DNA of 64,000 nt, taken from positions 49,747,662 through 49,811,661 of the forward strand of contig NC_057719.1 of NCBI RefSeq assembly GCF_004010195.1. Reading direction: 5' to 3'. This stretch comes from Chiloscyllium plagiosum. Taxonomy: Eukaryota. A program made the translations under genes and the position numbers. The notes beneath the pieces were generated by a model. That model saw only the letters and a program-made list of their open reading frames with translations, had not been told where the DNA came from and searched no databases. Positions within the stretch are counted from its first letter, which is position 1, and each line of letters opens with the position of its first letter. Below are positions 38,136 through 51,560 of this stretch, piece after piece.

Positions 38136-38659
38136 GATTCAAATCCCAGAGAAATAACATCCTTATCTCTTTAATTTATTACTTCACAAACTCCATCCAT
38201 TCTCTTGGTCTGTTCAGACAGTTTTACAATGTCTTTTCAATTCTGCTGGCCTGAATCCTTTCCACGAGAATGATGTTCCAAAGAAAACAATTCTTCTGCT
38301 GGAAGGAAACCTCTTTTTTGATCTGAACTACTGATTCATTTCAACTGATGTCGAAACTAAACTAGTAGCCCCTGTTTTCTCTGGATGACATAAACTTGGC
38401 AGGATAAACTTTCCATTAATTAACAACAGAGGTCGCAAGGCATTTGACAGAATCAGATGCTTTCTTGGAAATGATGTTTTTAGGTTACTGTTCCAAATGA
38501 CTTTCTGACCTTTTAAAAACAAGCAATCAAAGAACTGAAACAAAAATCTGTCTCTATATTTCAAAAACATAAAGAGCAAAAAGGATATGAATTTCTTACA
38601 CATTTTTGTGACAAAAAAAAGTACAATTGCACGTAATCCTCCAAGTCCCCCACGGGGGG

Positions 38660-38940
38660 GGGGGGGTGGCACATTGGCTCAGTGGTTAGCACTGCTGCCT
38701 CACAACACCAGGGACCCGGGTTCAATTCCTGCTGCAGGTGACTGTGTGGAGTTTACACATTCTCCCCGTGTCTTTGTGAGTTTCCTCTCCCATTCCAAAC
38801 TTGTGCAGGTCAGGTGAATTGGCCATGGTAAATTGCTAATTGCATTAGTTATGGGGAATGGGTCTGGGTGGGTTACTCTTTAAAGGGTCAGTGTGGACTT
38901 GTTGGACCGAAGGGCCTGTTTCCATACTATAGGGAATCTC
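38660..38940 (+). mobile_element. HE1 SINE preceded by a poly-G run
   Basis: tggctcagtgg A-box, gggttcaattcc B-box and HE1 tail. Confidence 0.9.
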
Positions 38941-40156
38941 ATCAAACCTTTGTTAAAATTAAGCAAAATCTTCTTCCCAGCCAAGAACTATCCTACATTG
39001 CAGATTAGTGCTGAGGAGGTGGGATATATCATGGTGTTATTCAGCAGAGTATTTACATGACCAATTTAACCCTTTCTCCTATTAAGATTGTGAATTGGGA
39101 TGTCACTTTCCATTATCAAAACAAATCCAGTGTTTCCAGTATACTTTGAGGTGGTGAGAGATGTGCTTCTTTACACCAAAACCTACAGTCAACATAAAAA
39201 ACGGTTTCAGGAAATGCTGTAACTGTTGGTCTTGATATTAACCCTCAAAAGAAATATATTCTGAAACCAGAAGTTACTTTCCTAAACATTAATAACCTAG
39301 ATCAAGGATGCGGCTTGATTAACATAAAGGTAATGTGGTTTAAAGCTTGTTCACTTTTCTGGCAACATTTTTTTTTTCAATTTTGTTGTGTGTGACCTAC
39401 TGAAGTTCCAGGTTAAAGAGTTTAAAGAAAACTGAACAAAAGCACGCAGAAAAGCAATCGAACAACTGGAAACTGCAGTAATGGAAGCTGCTTGCATTTC
39501 ACTTCAAAGTCAGTGTAATTGACTAACATATTGCAGTTTCGGTGAAAAGCTGCATTCCATGAACAGATTAGTAGAGTGTACCTGTGTTCAACAGTACTCG
39601 GAAGTAACACAGAGAAATGTTCAAGTAAATTATTTTCACATTTTAGAGTTTGGTTTTGTTTTTCAATGTTTTATGTCATGCAATTAATGAATCAATGACA
39701 AATCCATATGGTTGACTTTCAGAAGAGGGAGTTACTTGAAGCAAACCTTTTGCAATTTCCATTCACAGAACCTGTAGATAAAGGCCTTTTTAACATATAA
39801 AATGAAAATTTCCTGTGTTACTGCATTTGCTAATCAGAAAATGCACTGTTTTAGAATGACTGGTGTCTTCCTTTCAACATGTATCATCAAAGTTAGGGCA
39901 TGCAATTTGTTGCAATACATTATTCCATAAAATGTTTTCAACTCATTTTTTTTCTAATTGTTTCTCTACTCATTGGAAGTTTAAACAGGATCAGGAGCAT
40001 GTTTTCAAGTGTAAGCACACTGCCTCTCTAGCCCTCCTTAAGTGTCAATGAGATTCCCAACTAAATATTCCAACACATTTCTGTACTGTTCCTACTTAGC
40101 TCTTTAATCTAATCCCCATTTTAAACAATGCTGGTGAGCCAAGCACTTACCAATGT

Positions 40157-40726
40157 TTGTGGAAGGCTCCTTACCAAAGGAGCCTTCCACATCCATCAAA
40201 GTTTCACCTGCACATCCATCAATGTCATTTACTGTATCTGTTGCTCCCGATGGAGTCTCCTCTACATTGGGGAGACTGGACACCTCCTAGCAGAGTGCTT
40301 CAGGGAACATCTCCGGGACACCAGCACCAATCAACCCCACCGCCCCGTAGCCCAACATTTCAACTCCCCCTTCCACTCTGCCAAGGACATGCGGGTCCTG
40401 GGCCTCCTCCACCGCTGCTCCCTCAGCACCCGACTCCTGGAGGAAGAATGCCTCATCTTCTGCCTTGGAACACTTCAACCCCAGGGCATCAATGTGGACT
40501 TCACCTGTTTCCTCATTTCCCCTCCCCCACCTTGCCTCAGTTCCAACCTTCCAGCTCAGCACCGCCCTCATGACCTGTCCTACCTGCCAATCTTCCCATT
40601 TATCTCTCCACCCTGAAGGCACCCTGCCTCTATTCCTGATGAAGGGCTTTTGCCCGAAACGTCGATTTTCCTGCTCCTCAGATGCTGCTTGACCTGCTGT
40701 GCTTTTCCAGCACCACTCTGATCTAA
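40157..40726 (+). mobile_element. Penelope-like element 3' fragment with GIY-YIG endonuclease and terminal repeat
   Basis: FTCTSINVIYCICCSRWSLLYIGETGHLLAECFREH...PVAQHFNS...LGTLQPQGINVDF; possible 8-bp TSD acttacca (40145-40152 / 40727-40734). Confidence 0.92.
40632..40667 (+). ncRNA. Minimal type I hammerhead ribozyme motif in a Penelope terminal repeat
   Basis: AUUC-CUGAUGA-A-GGGC-UUUU-GCCC-GAAA-CGUC-GAUU downstream of the GIY-YIG region. Confidence 0.7.
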
Positions 40727-41865
40727 ACTTACCAGCTATTATTCATTCCTACTCCTGTGATTTAGCCACGCTTAGTCAAAGAAGTGCAAAATTGGTTCAT
40801 AGTAATTCCGTCTGGTTTGTGTTTTGCCTACAGCTCGGGCACTGGTCATCCAGAAGTTTGACACTACTCCATGGTATAAATCTCATGACCACATTAATCT
40901 GGGATTGTTGAAGTCCCTGCTGCCATATGAATTCTGATGTGCCATTCCTAATTAGTTGATTTCCAGTTGCATTGCTAATTTGAAACAATGTTTGACTGGA
41001 ATATTATTTTCAAGAGCTTAAGTTAGGACTTTCCACTGAGTTGAACTGTATTTACATCACTAAGCAAACCAGTGCCAAGTGGAGGAATTTCAAGTGCAAA
41101 TTATGTTCTGCTCAAATTGAGTTTCTGCAAACGTTTCTGTTAGTTTCCGAATAAAAATCAAAGTAGAAGCTCATTCCCTCACACATCAGCGCTGTCAATT
41201 TCTGCTACTGAGCTCACACTTCCATTATTGTGTTTTTAAGGGATTTTGAACAGCCTCTTACAATTAAAAAATAAAAACAAACCATGCTGGAAATACTCAG
41301 CAGGCCAGGTAGCATCTGGGAAAAGAATCAAAGTTAAATGAGTTAAAACAAGAGAATTAAAATGACAAGTGATCAGAAGCTCTGAGCCATACCTGTCTGG
41401 GATTGACCAACCTCTCCTGATTTTCTGGAACCATCCAGTAATTTGGCCTGAGTCAGGCCTTCCCAGAGATATTTTGTCCCTGATTTTTAAAGTTTCAACT
41501 GGGTCTCTTTAGGTATATGCTCCAAATGTGGTAATTAGTAGGTTGGAGGCTTGCTATCAGCACCACAGGGTGCTCGGGGACATGTGGGATCCATGCTGGA
41601 AGGTTGAAGCAACATTTGTCAAGGCAGGTTATGCATTTGCTCGTTCCCCTTCCCTAACTAATTGCCCCCTGTGCCTCCCACCTCAATGAACTCTGTTTTG
41701 GAGAAAGCAGAAATTTTCCAAATAATCTCACTGGAGATCCAGCAATCATGTACAAAGTAATGTCATTTTCAGCTCTTTCTAAATTAGGTATGAACTTGAA
41801 TCCTGAAGCATTTAACCACGCCTCTGAACCAATGCACCATTTCCCTGGTAACTCAGTGAATTCTG

Positions 41866-42205
41866 GGTGGCATGGTGGCTCAGTGGTTATCACTGCTGCT
41901 TCACAGTGCCAGAGACCTGGGTTCGATTCGAGCCTCAGGTGACTGGCCGTGTGGAGTTTTCACATTCTCCCCAGGGTTTCCTCCAGATACTGTAGCTTCC
42001 TCCCACAATCCAAAGATGTGCAAGTTAGGTGAATTGGCCATGCTAAATAGTCCATAGTGTTCAAGGAGGTGTTGTTCAGATGCACTGGTTATGGGTAAAT
42101 GTAGAGTAATAGGGTAGGGGAATGTGTCTAGGAGGGTTACTTTTCAGAGGATCAGTGTGGACTTGTTGGGCCAAATGGCCTGTTTCCACACGGTAGGGAT
42201 TCTAG
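41866..42205 (+). mobile_element. HE1 SINE
   Basis: A-box, gggttcgattc B-box, V domain and tail. Confidence 0.9.
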
Positions 42206-44064
42206 ATCACTCAGAGAAATAACTACATAATAGTTAGACCTTCCTACATTGAGTAGCAGTCAAAATAATTTGGATATGACATTGATTTGATATGGGAAGA
42301 TCACAAGCCCAACCCCAATTACATGGCAAAAATAAGAAGCTCCTTTATATGATGGTGCAGGCTGAAAGCAGGAGTACCAACGTGCTGCTTGGAAACATCA
42401 GTCAGTTTAAGGTCTGCAATGTAATTACTGCCCCCTAATGACCAAACCATAATTCATCACAGATTAATGCTGAATCTGCTTCAGGTCTCAGGAAGAGCCA
42501 ATCTGCACACTTTCACAGCTAAAACTTCACATCCAATCCATGTGTGGCTTCATAAACTAGTTTTGTCTTTTCTTACCTGGATTAAGGTCAGAAGCAGTTT
42601 TTGAGCTGATACAGGAGGAGTATGGATGCAAAAAGCTTTTAAGCTCACTTCTCTTCTTCAAAAATGCATCTCACCTCCCAATAATGTCTCAAGGCCTTGT
42701 AAGCCTTATTTTTACTTTTCTCATCTCTCCCAGCCTATGCCCCCCAGATTACCAACAGCATCCCATTTCACCCTGTACCCTCCATCCATGCCCACCATAA
42801 TCACTCATTATTTAGACTCCTTACATATGAATAATCCACACACAGGACCTTCAATAGCACTTGTCAATAACTAGCAGTTGCCGAACATTTGTAGGAGTTC
42901 AGGCAGGACTAAGGCTTGGGCCAATCACAACAGACACCAGCAGTTTGTTTCTGAGGCAAGCCTGACAGTTCTTCTCTGTCCTTAGTCAGACATTTCAGCC
43001 ATGCATATTGTGGGTGGCCCAGATACAGGCACCAAGGAGAAGTTTGATAAATAAATTACTTTTCCTTTCGACCAACCCTAACCCCAAAATTTGACAAGGT
43101 CAGTGAAATCGCTCTCGGGGAGTTGGGGGGCAGAGTTCCACATGTACCCCCATCAGATTCTAAGAGCCCATCTTTGAGTAAGGAAGCAGAGCAAATGAAT
43201 TACATATCCTTTACCACTGCTTGTCTTTTATTGCTCAATCTATTAATTTGTTCAATGGAATGAAAAATGAAGAGAGATGTAGAACTGGCCATCAATTTGT
43301 TAATACTTGGTTGACACTAACACACATTTAGGTTTATCTTATTTTCTAATCCATTTTTCTGTCTCTCCTACTCACACATGAAGCACTGAGTCACAGAATT
43401 GTTAAGGCACAGAAGGAGGCCATTCAGTCGGGCACGACTGCACTGGTTCTATTATAACTTCCGGTAACCATCAATGTGTGCTAACCATGAGAATCAGCTC
43501 TCTAAGCTAGTCCCAAAAAATAACAATGATGTATAAATAACCAATGTCATGTGAAACATTTATAAATCAAACTTAAATTTGAAGAACTCCCATACTATCT
43601 TTATGTTCTCAATAAGCTGTGATCGCAAATGTCTTCTGTGCACATCACCAGCCCTTTAAATATTAATTGAAATCACATGGGATCCAGCAAAAACCAAGGT
43701 AATGGAAGGGGTGTCCACTTTCAGTTCTACTCTCGAGTCCTAGAGCATGTAGTTGTATTGCAATGTTAAATTCTTATTTAATTGAAGCTATGAATTTACA
43801 TGGCACTGAGGTGAGTAGACATTGTGAAATTGATGCCAGTCTTTATGAGCTCATTTCTGATTGGCAAAATGGAGTAAAATTGTGAGGAAACATAACCCCA
43901 ATTTAAATCAAGTCATTAAAATAAACTCCCATTCAAAATTTCAAAACATTGGGGAACATGTTGCATGCATTTGGCAGAGCTGATCAACTTAAGCATAATT
44001 CTTGAAATCAGTTTTCTGTTGATTGAGCTGGTGGTAAACTGTTACATCTTTTGAGCAGAGCACA

Positions 44065-44330
44065 ACTATGCAACAACATGTGTTTATACAGTGCTCTAAG
44101 GCAGTTAAATTTCCAAAGTACTCCACAGTAACATTATCAAATATAATTTGACACCATGCCAAAAGAAATTAGATGTCCAAAACACTTGGTCAAACATGTG
44201 GATTTGAAACAGCATCCTAAAAAGAGGAAGGCAGAATGGTTTAGGGAGAGAATTTCAGAATGCATGGCCTAAGTAACAGAAACCAGAGTTGTTAATGGTG
44301 GAATGCATAAAGATGGGGATATAGAAGAGT
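44065..44330 (-). mobile_element. L2-like 3' end remnant
   Basis: Reverse complement of a gcactgtataaacacatgttgttg tail with a degenerate L2 body. Confidence 0.45.
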
Positions 44331-44544
44331 ATAAATCTATGGAAGACCTGTGGAAGAGTAGAAATAGATGAGTTATTGGTTGTAGGAGATTTAGTTCTTC
44401 ATGGGCTATGGGCATTGCTGGTCAGGCCAGCATTTGTTGCCGATCCTTGAATTAGCCTGAACTCGATGGTGGTGAGCTGCCTCTTGAACCACTGTATTCT
44501 TGTGCAGAGGAGATTACAGTAATGTGTGTTGATGTCAGCATGAA

Positions 44545-45770
44545 AGCAACCTGTGTGGATGTATGAGATGTGTCCTTTGATAAGGTGCTGCACAGGAGAC
44601 TGCTAAATAAGATAAGAGCCCATACTGTTAGGGGCAAGGTCTTGATGGAGGATTGGCTGATCGGCAGAAGGGAGAGAGTGGGGATAAAAGGGTCTCTTTC
44701 AAGATGGCAGTCAGTGACTACTGGAGTCCCACAGGAATCAGTCTTGGGACCACAATTATTCATGTTATAAATTAACAAACTTGACAAAGTAACTGAGGGC
44801 ATTGTTGCTAAGTAAACAGATGACACAAAGACAGGTGGAGGGACAGGTTGTGTTGAGGAGACTGCAGAAGGACCTTAGGAGAGTGGGCAAAGAAGTGGCA
44901 GAGTGTGAGGTAATTCACTTTGTTGAAATAATAGAGGCATGGACTATCTTCAGAAATCTGAAGCACAAAGGGATTTATGAGTCCTAGTTTAGGATTCTCA
45001 TAAGGTTAACATACTGGAAAGCAAATGCAATGGTAGCATTCATTTCCAGAGAGCTAGAATACAACATCAGAGATGTACAGCTGAGGCTGTATAAGGCTCT
45101 GGATTAGTGGTGCTGGAAGAAGGCTTTTGCCTGAAACGTCGATTTCGAAGCTCCTTGGATGCTGCCTGAACTGCTGTGCTCTTCCAGCACCACTAATTCA
45201 GAATCTGGTTTTCAGCATCTGCAGTCATTGTTTTTACCTGTATAAGGCTCTGGTCAGACTGCATTTGGAATATTATGAGCAGTTTTGAGGCCTGTATCTA
45301 AGGAAGGATATGCTGGCCTTGGAAGGAATCCAGAGGCAGTTTACAAGAATGATCCTGGGAATGAAGGGCTTGTCATATGAGAGGTCTGTACTTGATGGAG
45401 TACAGGTTACATAAACTTACATAATACCTGGTTACAGTGAACGTAGAGAAAATGTTTTCACTAGTAGGAGAGACTAGGACACAAGGGCACAGTTTCTGTG
45501 AAGGGACGACCCTTTAGAACTGAGATAAGAAGGAATTTGTCCAGCCAGAGGGTGGAGCATCTGTGGAACTCATTGCCGCGGAAGGCTCTTAAGGCCAATT
45601 CATCGAGTGTCTTTAAGACAGAGATAGATAGATTCTTGATTAGTAAGGGGATCAAAGGTTACAGGGAGAAGGCAGGAGCATGGGTTTGAGAAACATGTCA
45701 GACATGATAAAATAGTACAGCAGACATGGTGGGCTGAATGGCCTAATTCTGCTCCTCCTTCTTGTGGCCT
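44545..45770 (+). mobile_element. Degraded CR1 3' half with a mini-element insertion
   Basis: FDKVLHRRLL, GVPQESVLGPQLF and SQRVEHLWNSLP. Confidence 0.9.
45103..45237. mobile_element. Penelope-derived mini-element with short inverted arm
   Basis: attagtggtgctggaaga / tcttccagcaccactaat arms; 16-bp TSD ctgtataaggctctgg (45087-45102 / 45238-45253). Confidence 0.85.
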
Positions 45771-46337
45771 TCTGATGTCATGTGTGCCTATCCTTGAGCT
45801 TAAAACAACCTTGCAGAAGCATGGGTATCTCTGAGCTCTAAAGTGTCAAAGGAGTGAAGTGATGTCTGGGTTCCTCTGAGGGCAGGCAGGATGATGTGAT
45901 GAAGCTAGTGGTTTGTTGATGCTGGCATGTGAGGATGAAGGACAGGTCGGTGAGGATGGTGGTCATGCAGCTGCAGGGATATTGTTCCAGTATTGCTGGA
46001 TCATGCTTCAGGCCAGCCGCAGGCACCAGTGACCTGCTCTGATTTAGGTGTCAGGAATTTGTGGCTGTTTAGTTTCTCTGGAAAGGACAGAAGAATTTAA
46101 AGTATAAAGTAACTAAGATGGGCAGAGTTTAAGCAAAATGCAAATGCATGGAAAAAAGGTTGTTGCCACTTAATGCTGAGATTCCGAAGTCGACAAGTCA
46201 ACTTGAGGGGAAAGTCAGGAACAGTTTTCTTGATGTTGGAAATCTCATTTTCCCCATATTTTCCCACCTTTCTCACCATTACTCACACCACACCGTGGAG
46301 AGGAAAATTCCACCCACAGTCTTCTAAACCACATTGA

Positions 46338-46538
46338 GTCGAAAAATGTGGTGCTGAAAAAGCACAGCAGGTCAGGCAGCATCCGAGGAGCAGAAGAGTC
46401 GCCATTTTGGGTAAAAGCCCTTTGTGCCGAAAATGTCAACTCTCCTGCTCCTTGGATGCTGCCTGACCTGCTGTGCTTTTCCAGCACCACACTTTTCGAC
46501 ACTGACTCTCCAGCATCTGCAGTCCTCACTTCCTCCCT
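46338..46538. mobile_element. Palindromic Penelope-derived mini-element (older)
   Basis: Imperfect ~80-bp arms; possible TSD acattga (46331-46337 / 46539-46545). Confidence 0.8.
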
Positions 46539-48002
46539 ACATTGAATGGTTTTGTTTTAAATTTAACATTGTATTCTTCAAAAAATAATTCAATAAAAAT
46601 AAAAATTAATTTGTCTAAAATATTTTTTTTTATTTTGATAGCATCAGCAAAACATCCTATTAAAATACATTCCTGATAAGAATTTTAATAATACTGATTA
46701 TTAATGAATGAAACACTTTGATCAACAATTGATCCTAACACTTTATTCTCCAATAGCAGGTTTCAGTTTGCATCTCAAATCTTTATTTAGAATATCTGAC
46801 GAGTTGCAAGTGATAAAGTCAGATTGATTCACTACAACTGACACTGTATCTGCAGGACATCTTCCCCCTAGCGTTTGCAAAACAAACAAGCAGACATTTT
46901 CTTTGAGAAAATCTCTGCTCGTCCAGTACTGGATGTTAAACAAACAGACCTACAATTTGGAGACAAAAGAGAGAGTTAGATCTGGCTAATAAAATGCATG
47001 AACTGCAAGGCAGCTTGGAGGGAACCTGGTACATAAAATTTAATGTTATTATAACCTTCATAGCTACTGGGAACCATTCCAGTCCTTGAAGTTATTTGCA
47101 AATCAATCTGCAGCAGATGGCACAGCTGAGTCACAATTCATGCTTTGGAAGTAGGAGATCTCTGGTAAATCTAAATAGGCTGAGTTGAGGCAGTTTAGTG
47201 TGGGTCTTTGGGTACGAGCTGTTCCTCAGCCAACAGATTTCTATTTTCTCACTGTCATCTCCACCTGTTCCAATTCGCTTGTGTTCAATGATTCACCAAA
47301 TGCTCCTTCATGCAATTTACGAACTGAGGGCACTTGGGTGGATATAGCTGGCTTGAGGATTGAATGATACAAGGTCTTGTGGGGTTCAGAGCAGACTCTA
47401 ACCCCTGCATCCTCCTCATCAGACACCTTTGGGGTCAGAAGAAAAACATGGTTCTGACATTAACAGTATTCGCTTTTCAGAATATCAATGACATGATTTC
47501 ATATTTTACTGTTATGTGGCAAGTTATGTTTGCATTTGCAAGAGTTATTGGAGCAATAAGAGCGAAAATCAAAGTATTTGGTTACCAATGAGTACAGGGG
47601 AGGTCTTTAATGTATACTCCCTCACAGCCTCAGTAGAGTGTTTTAAGATGAATCAAATAGTAAATCTTTTCCACCTTCATTCACTTAGGTTTTAATTCTC
47701 AAAGATTCTCAATAGTTCAGACATACTTATCTAATGATTGTTCTGTGGTTGTGTAGTTACTGAGGAAATGGTATTCATAAGAATCCTCATTATGATTGTA
47801 GAATTAGAGATGCTCTGAAAACATTGAAGGAAGCAGGTTTAACACAAACCAATAACTGTGAATTTGCAAGTGTAAGGTTCTTAGGTCATATAATGGAATC
47901 CACAGACATAATGATTGATCGTCTGAAAATGAAGACAATCAAAGAATTTCAAAGAAAACAACAGAGTTGCAAAAATTTTCAGGAATGGACAATCAAGGAG
48001 CA

Positions 48003-49260
48003 TTTAATAAGGTTCCCGTGGGAGACTGGTTAGCAAGGTTAGATCTCACGGAATACAGGGACAATTGGCCATTTGGATACAGAACTGGCTCAAAGGTAGA
48101 AGACAGAGGGTGATGATGGAGGATTGTTTTTCAGACTGGAGGGCTGTGACGAGCAGAGTGCCACAAGGATCGGTGCTGGGTCCAGTACTTTTCGTCATTT
48201 ATATAAATGATGTGAGCATAAGAGGCATATTTAGTAAGTTTGCAGATGACACCAAAATTGGAGGTGTGGTGGACAGCAAAGAAGGTTACCTTGGAGTACA
48301 ACGGGATCTTGGTCAGATGGGCCAGTAGGCTGAGAAGTGGCAGATGGACTTTAATTTAGATAAATGCGAGGTGCTGCATTTTGGGAAAGCAAATCTGCTG
48401 AACAAAGACACCTTGGAGTGCAGGTTCATAGCTCCTTGAAAGTGGAGTCGCAGGTAGATAGGATAGTGAAGGCGGCGTTTGGTATGCTTTCTTTTTTGGT
48501 CAGGGTATTGAGTACAGGAGTTGGGAGGTCATGTTGCAGCTATACAGGACACTTTTTAGGCCACTTTTGGAATATTGCATGCAATTCTGGTCTGCTTCCT
48601 ATCGGAAGGATTTTGTGAAACTTGAAAGTGTTCAGAAAGGATTTACAAGGATGTTGCCAGGGTTGGAGGATTTGAGCTATAGGGAGAGGTTGCATAGACT
48701 GGGGCTGTTTTCCCTGGAGAGACAGAGGCTGAAGGGTGACCTTATAGTGGTTTATAAAATCATGAGAGGCATGGATAGGACAAATAGACAAAGTCTGTTC
48801 AGTGGGGTGGGGGAGTCCAGACCTAGAGGGCAAAGGTTTAGAGTGAGACTGTTTTCCCTGGAGAGACAGAGGCTGAAGGGTGACCTTATAGTGGTTTATA
48901 AAATCACGAGAGGCATGGATAGGACAAATAGACAAAGTCTGTTCAGTGGGGTGGGGGAAGTCCAGACCTAGAGGGCATAGGTTTAGAGTGAGAGGGGAAA
49001 GATATAAAAGAGACCTAAGGGACATCTTTTTCACACAGAGGGTGGTACATGTATGGAATGAGTTGCCAGAGGAAGTGGTGGAGGCTAGTACAATTGCAAC
49101 ATTTAAAAAGGCATCTGGATGGGTGTAGGAATAGGAATAGTTTGGAGGGATATGGGTCGGGTGCTGGCAGGTGGGACTAGATTTGATTGGGATACCTGGT
49201 TGGTATGGATGATTTGGACCTAAGTGTCTGTTTTCATGCTGTACATCTCTATGACTCTAT
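48003..49260 (+). mobile_element. CR1 3' half with an internal tandem duplication
   Basis: VPQGSVLGP, KFADDTK, duplicated LFSLERQRLKGDL block and ctatgactct tail. Confidence 0.95.
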
Positions 49261-49869
49261 CTCTCTTTTCCTAACTTTACAAGTCATTGAAAAAGCAATT
49301 GAAACAAGGCAAATCCTGGTTCTTCAATGTCAATCAATCAAATACCATCGAAAAAATTAAGAGAAAATAATTTCTTCAGAGGGACTGTACATTACCTACA
49401 GTTACTAACAATAATAGTGGCATATGCACTGTCCACAGAATTAGATGTAGTATGGCTACAAGTCTAGGAAAATGGCAAAAGAAGAACAGCTAATTATGCT
49501 TTATGGTAACTAATAAAAACAATTGAAAAGGAACCCAGAGTAGTAGTAATATGTAGGTTAGAAGTTTTTAGATTATAATAATGGGAATTACATTGAAAAT
49601 CAAATAGCCTGCTGTTTTTCTTTTCAATACGAAAGAAACTGCAAGGATGGTACCTTTTATTCAATGCTGCATGCTGGGTCTGATAAGATATCACTTACAA
49701 CTATTCAGAGAAAATGTCAAATAATGTCCGATTCATTCTCCAAAATGCCAGATGAAGAAACTGACAAACAAGATTGTACAGTCAAAGCAGAGGTAAAGAT
49801 CTTTACATTCTTACTAATAGGAAACCTATTGGCATCAAAGAAGAAACTGCAGCAAGTCAATTCAGCTGA

Positions 49870-51560
49870 AATAATCCAAATAGTGAGTGTAAGTAACAAC
49901 AAGGGAAAGAAGATATTGGTGGGACAATTATATAGGCCTCCGAACAATAGGAAAGATATTAAATCTATAGATAATGAGGGCATCTAAGAGAAGGCAGTAC
50001 ATTAATTAAAGGTGACTTTAATCTTTGGAAAATAAAATTGGCAGAGTCACCAAAAGATGACCAAAAAAAAGAGAGAAAATAAATCCTGACAGCAAACTAG
50101 CAAGTAATATAAACAGACAGTAAGAGCTTCATTAAATGCATAAAAAAAGGAGAGAAAGGCCAAAGTGAAAACAGGTCCCTTAGAGAATGAGGCTGGGGAG
50201 ATAATAATGGGGAGCCAGGAAATAGCAGAGAAGTTGAAAAAATACTCTTCATAGTAGGGGGAATTGATAGCATTCCAAAAATTCTAAATAATCAAGAGGC
50301 TTAGATGATGAGGGGCAAAATTCACATAATATTTCAGTAAAAAAGTACTAGGGAAATTAATCGGGCTAAAGGCTGGTAGATCGATGATGGATTGCATTCT
50401 TGGAATTTAAATGAAGTAGCTGCAGAGATCACACAATTGTCACAGTGCACCCAGCCCATAGTACCTGTGCCATCTCTTCAAACAAATGCCATTACCTCAT
50501 GCCAATCTCCTGCATTTCCCCATACTCTTTCATACTATATAGTGGATGCACTGGTAGGAGTCTTCCAAGAATCTTCAAGATACTGGAAAAGTCCCAAAGG
50601 ACAGGAAAACTGCCAATGCAGCACAGTGGTTCAAAAAAGGGGAGTGAGGCTAAAAACAGGTCACTACAGACCAGTTAGTTTAACTTCTATCATTGGAAAA
50701 ACATTAGTCCATTATAAAGGATGTAATAGCAGACTATTTCAAAACAAATAAAATAATCAAGCAAAGTCAGCATGGCTTTGTGAAGGCAAAATCATACCTG
50801 ACAAGTTTATTAAAATTCTTTAAGGAGGTAGCAAGCAGAGTAGACAAAGGGAAACTAGTAGATGTAATACGTCTTGGATTTTCAAAGGCCTTTGATAAGG
50901 CACCACATAAAACTACTTTAGAGCCCATGGTATTGCACTTAGTTTGTTAGCATGCATAGAGGACTGGCTAACTAATAGAAGATGGAGTGTTCACATATCA
51001 GGGCATTTTCAGGTTGGCAACCTTAAACTAGTAGAGAGAAAGTGAGGGCTGCAGATGCTGGAGATCAGAGCTGAAAATGTGTTGCTGGAAAAGTGCAGCA
51101 GGTCAGGCAGCATCCAAGGAACAGGAGAATCGACGCTTCAGGCATAAGCCCTTCTTCAGATTCTTATGCCCGAAACGTCGATTCTCCTGTTCCTTGGATG
51201 CTGCCTGACCTGCTGCGCTTTTCCAACCTTAAACTAGTGAATGGTACAGGAATCAAGGTTAAGGCCACAATTCTTTATAGGTTGAGTAGCTTGTGCTTGT
51301 ACTTATTTGGAATTTAAAGCAATGAGAGGAAAACGTTTTGAACATATAAGAATCTTAATGGGCTTGGCAGGATACATGCAGAAGCTTGTTTTCCACTGTG
51401 GGAGAGTCTAAGGCCAGAGGAATAATCTCAGAATAAGAAGTCGCCCATTACAGACAGAAATGAGGAGGATGTTTTTTTCTCTCTGAGGACGAATCTATGG
51501 AATTCTTTACCACACGGAGCTGTGGAGGTTATTAAGTATATTCAAAACTGAATTCATTAG
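49870..51560 (+). mobile_element. Degraded CR1 (endonuclease to 3' end, with deletions)
   Basis: LYRPPN and GDFN endonuclease motifs, HYRPVSLTSIIGK and LDFSKAFDK. Confidence 0.85.
51033..51223. mobile_element. Palindromic Penelope-derived mini-element
   Basis: Arms of about 60 bp; 15-bp TSD caaccttaaactagt (51018-51032 / 51224-51238). Confidence 0.88.
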
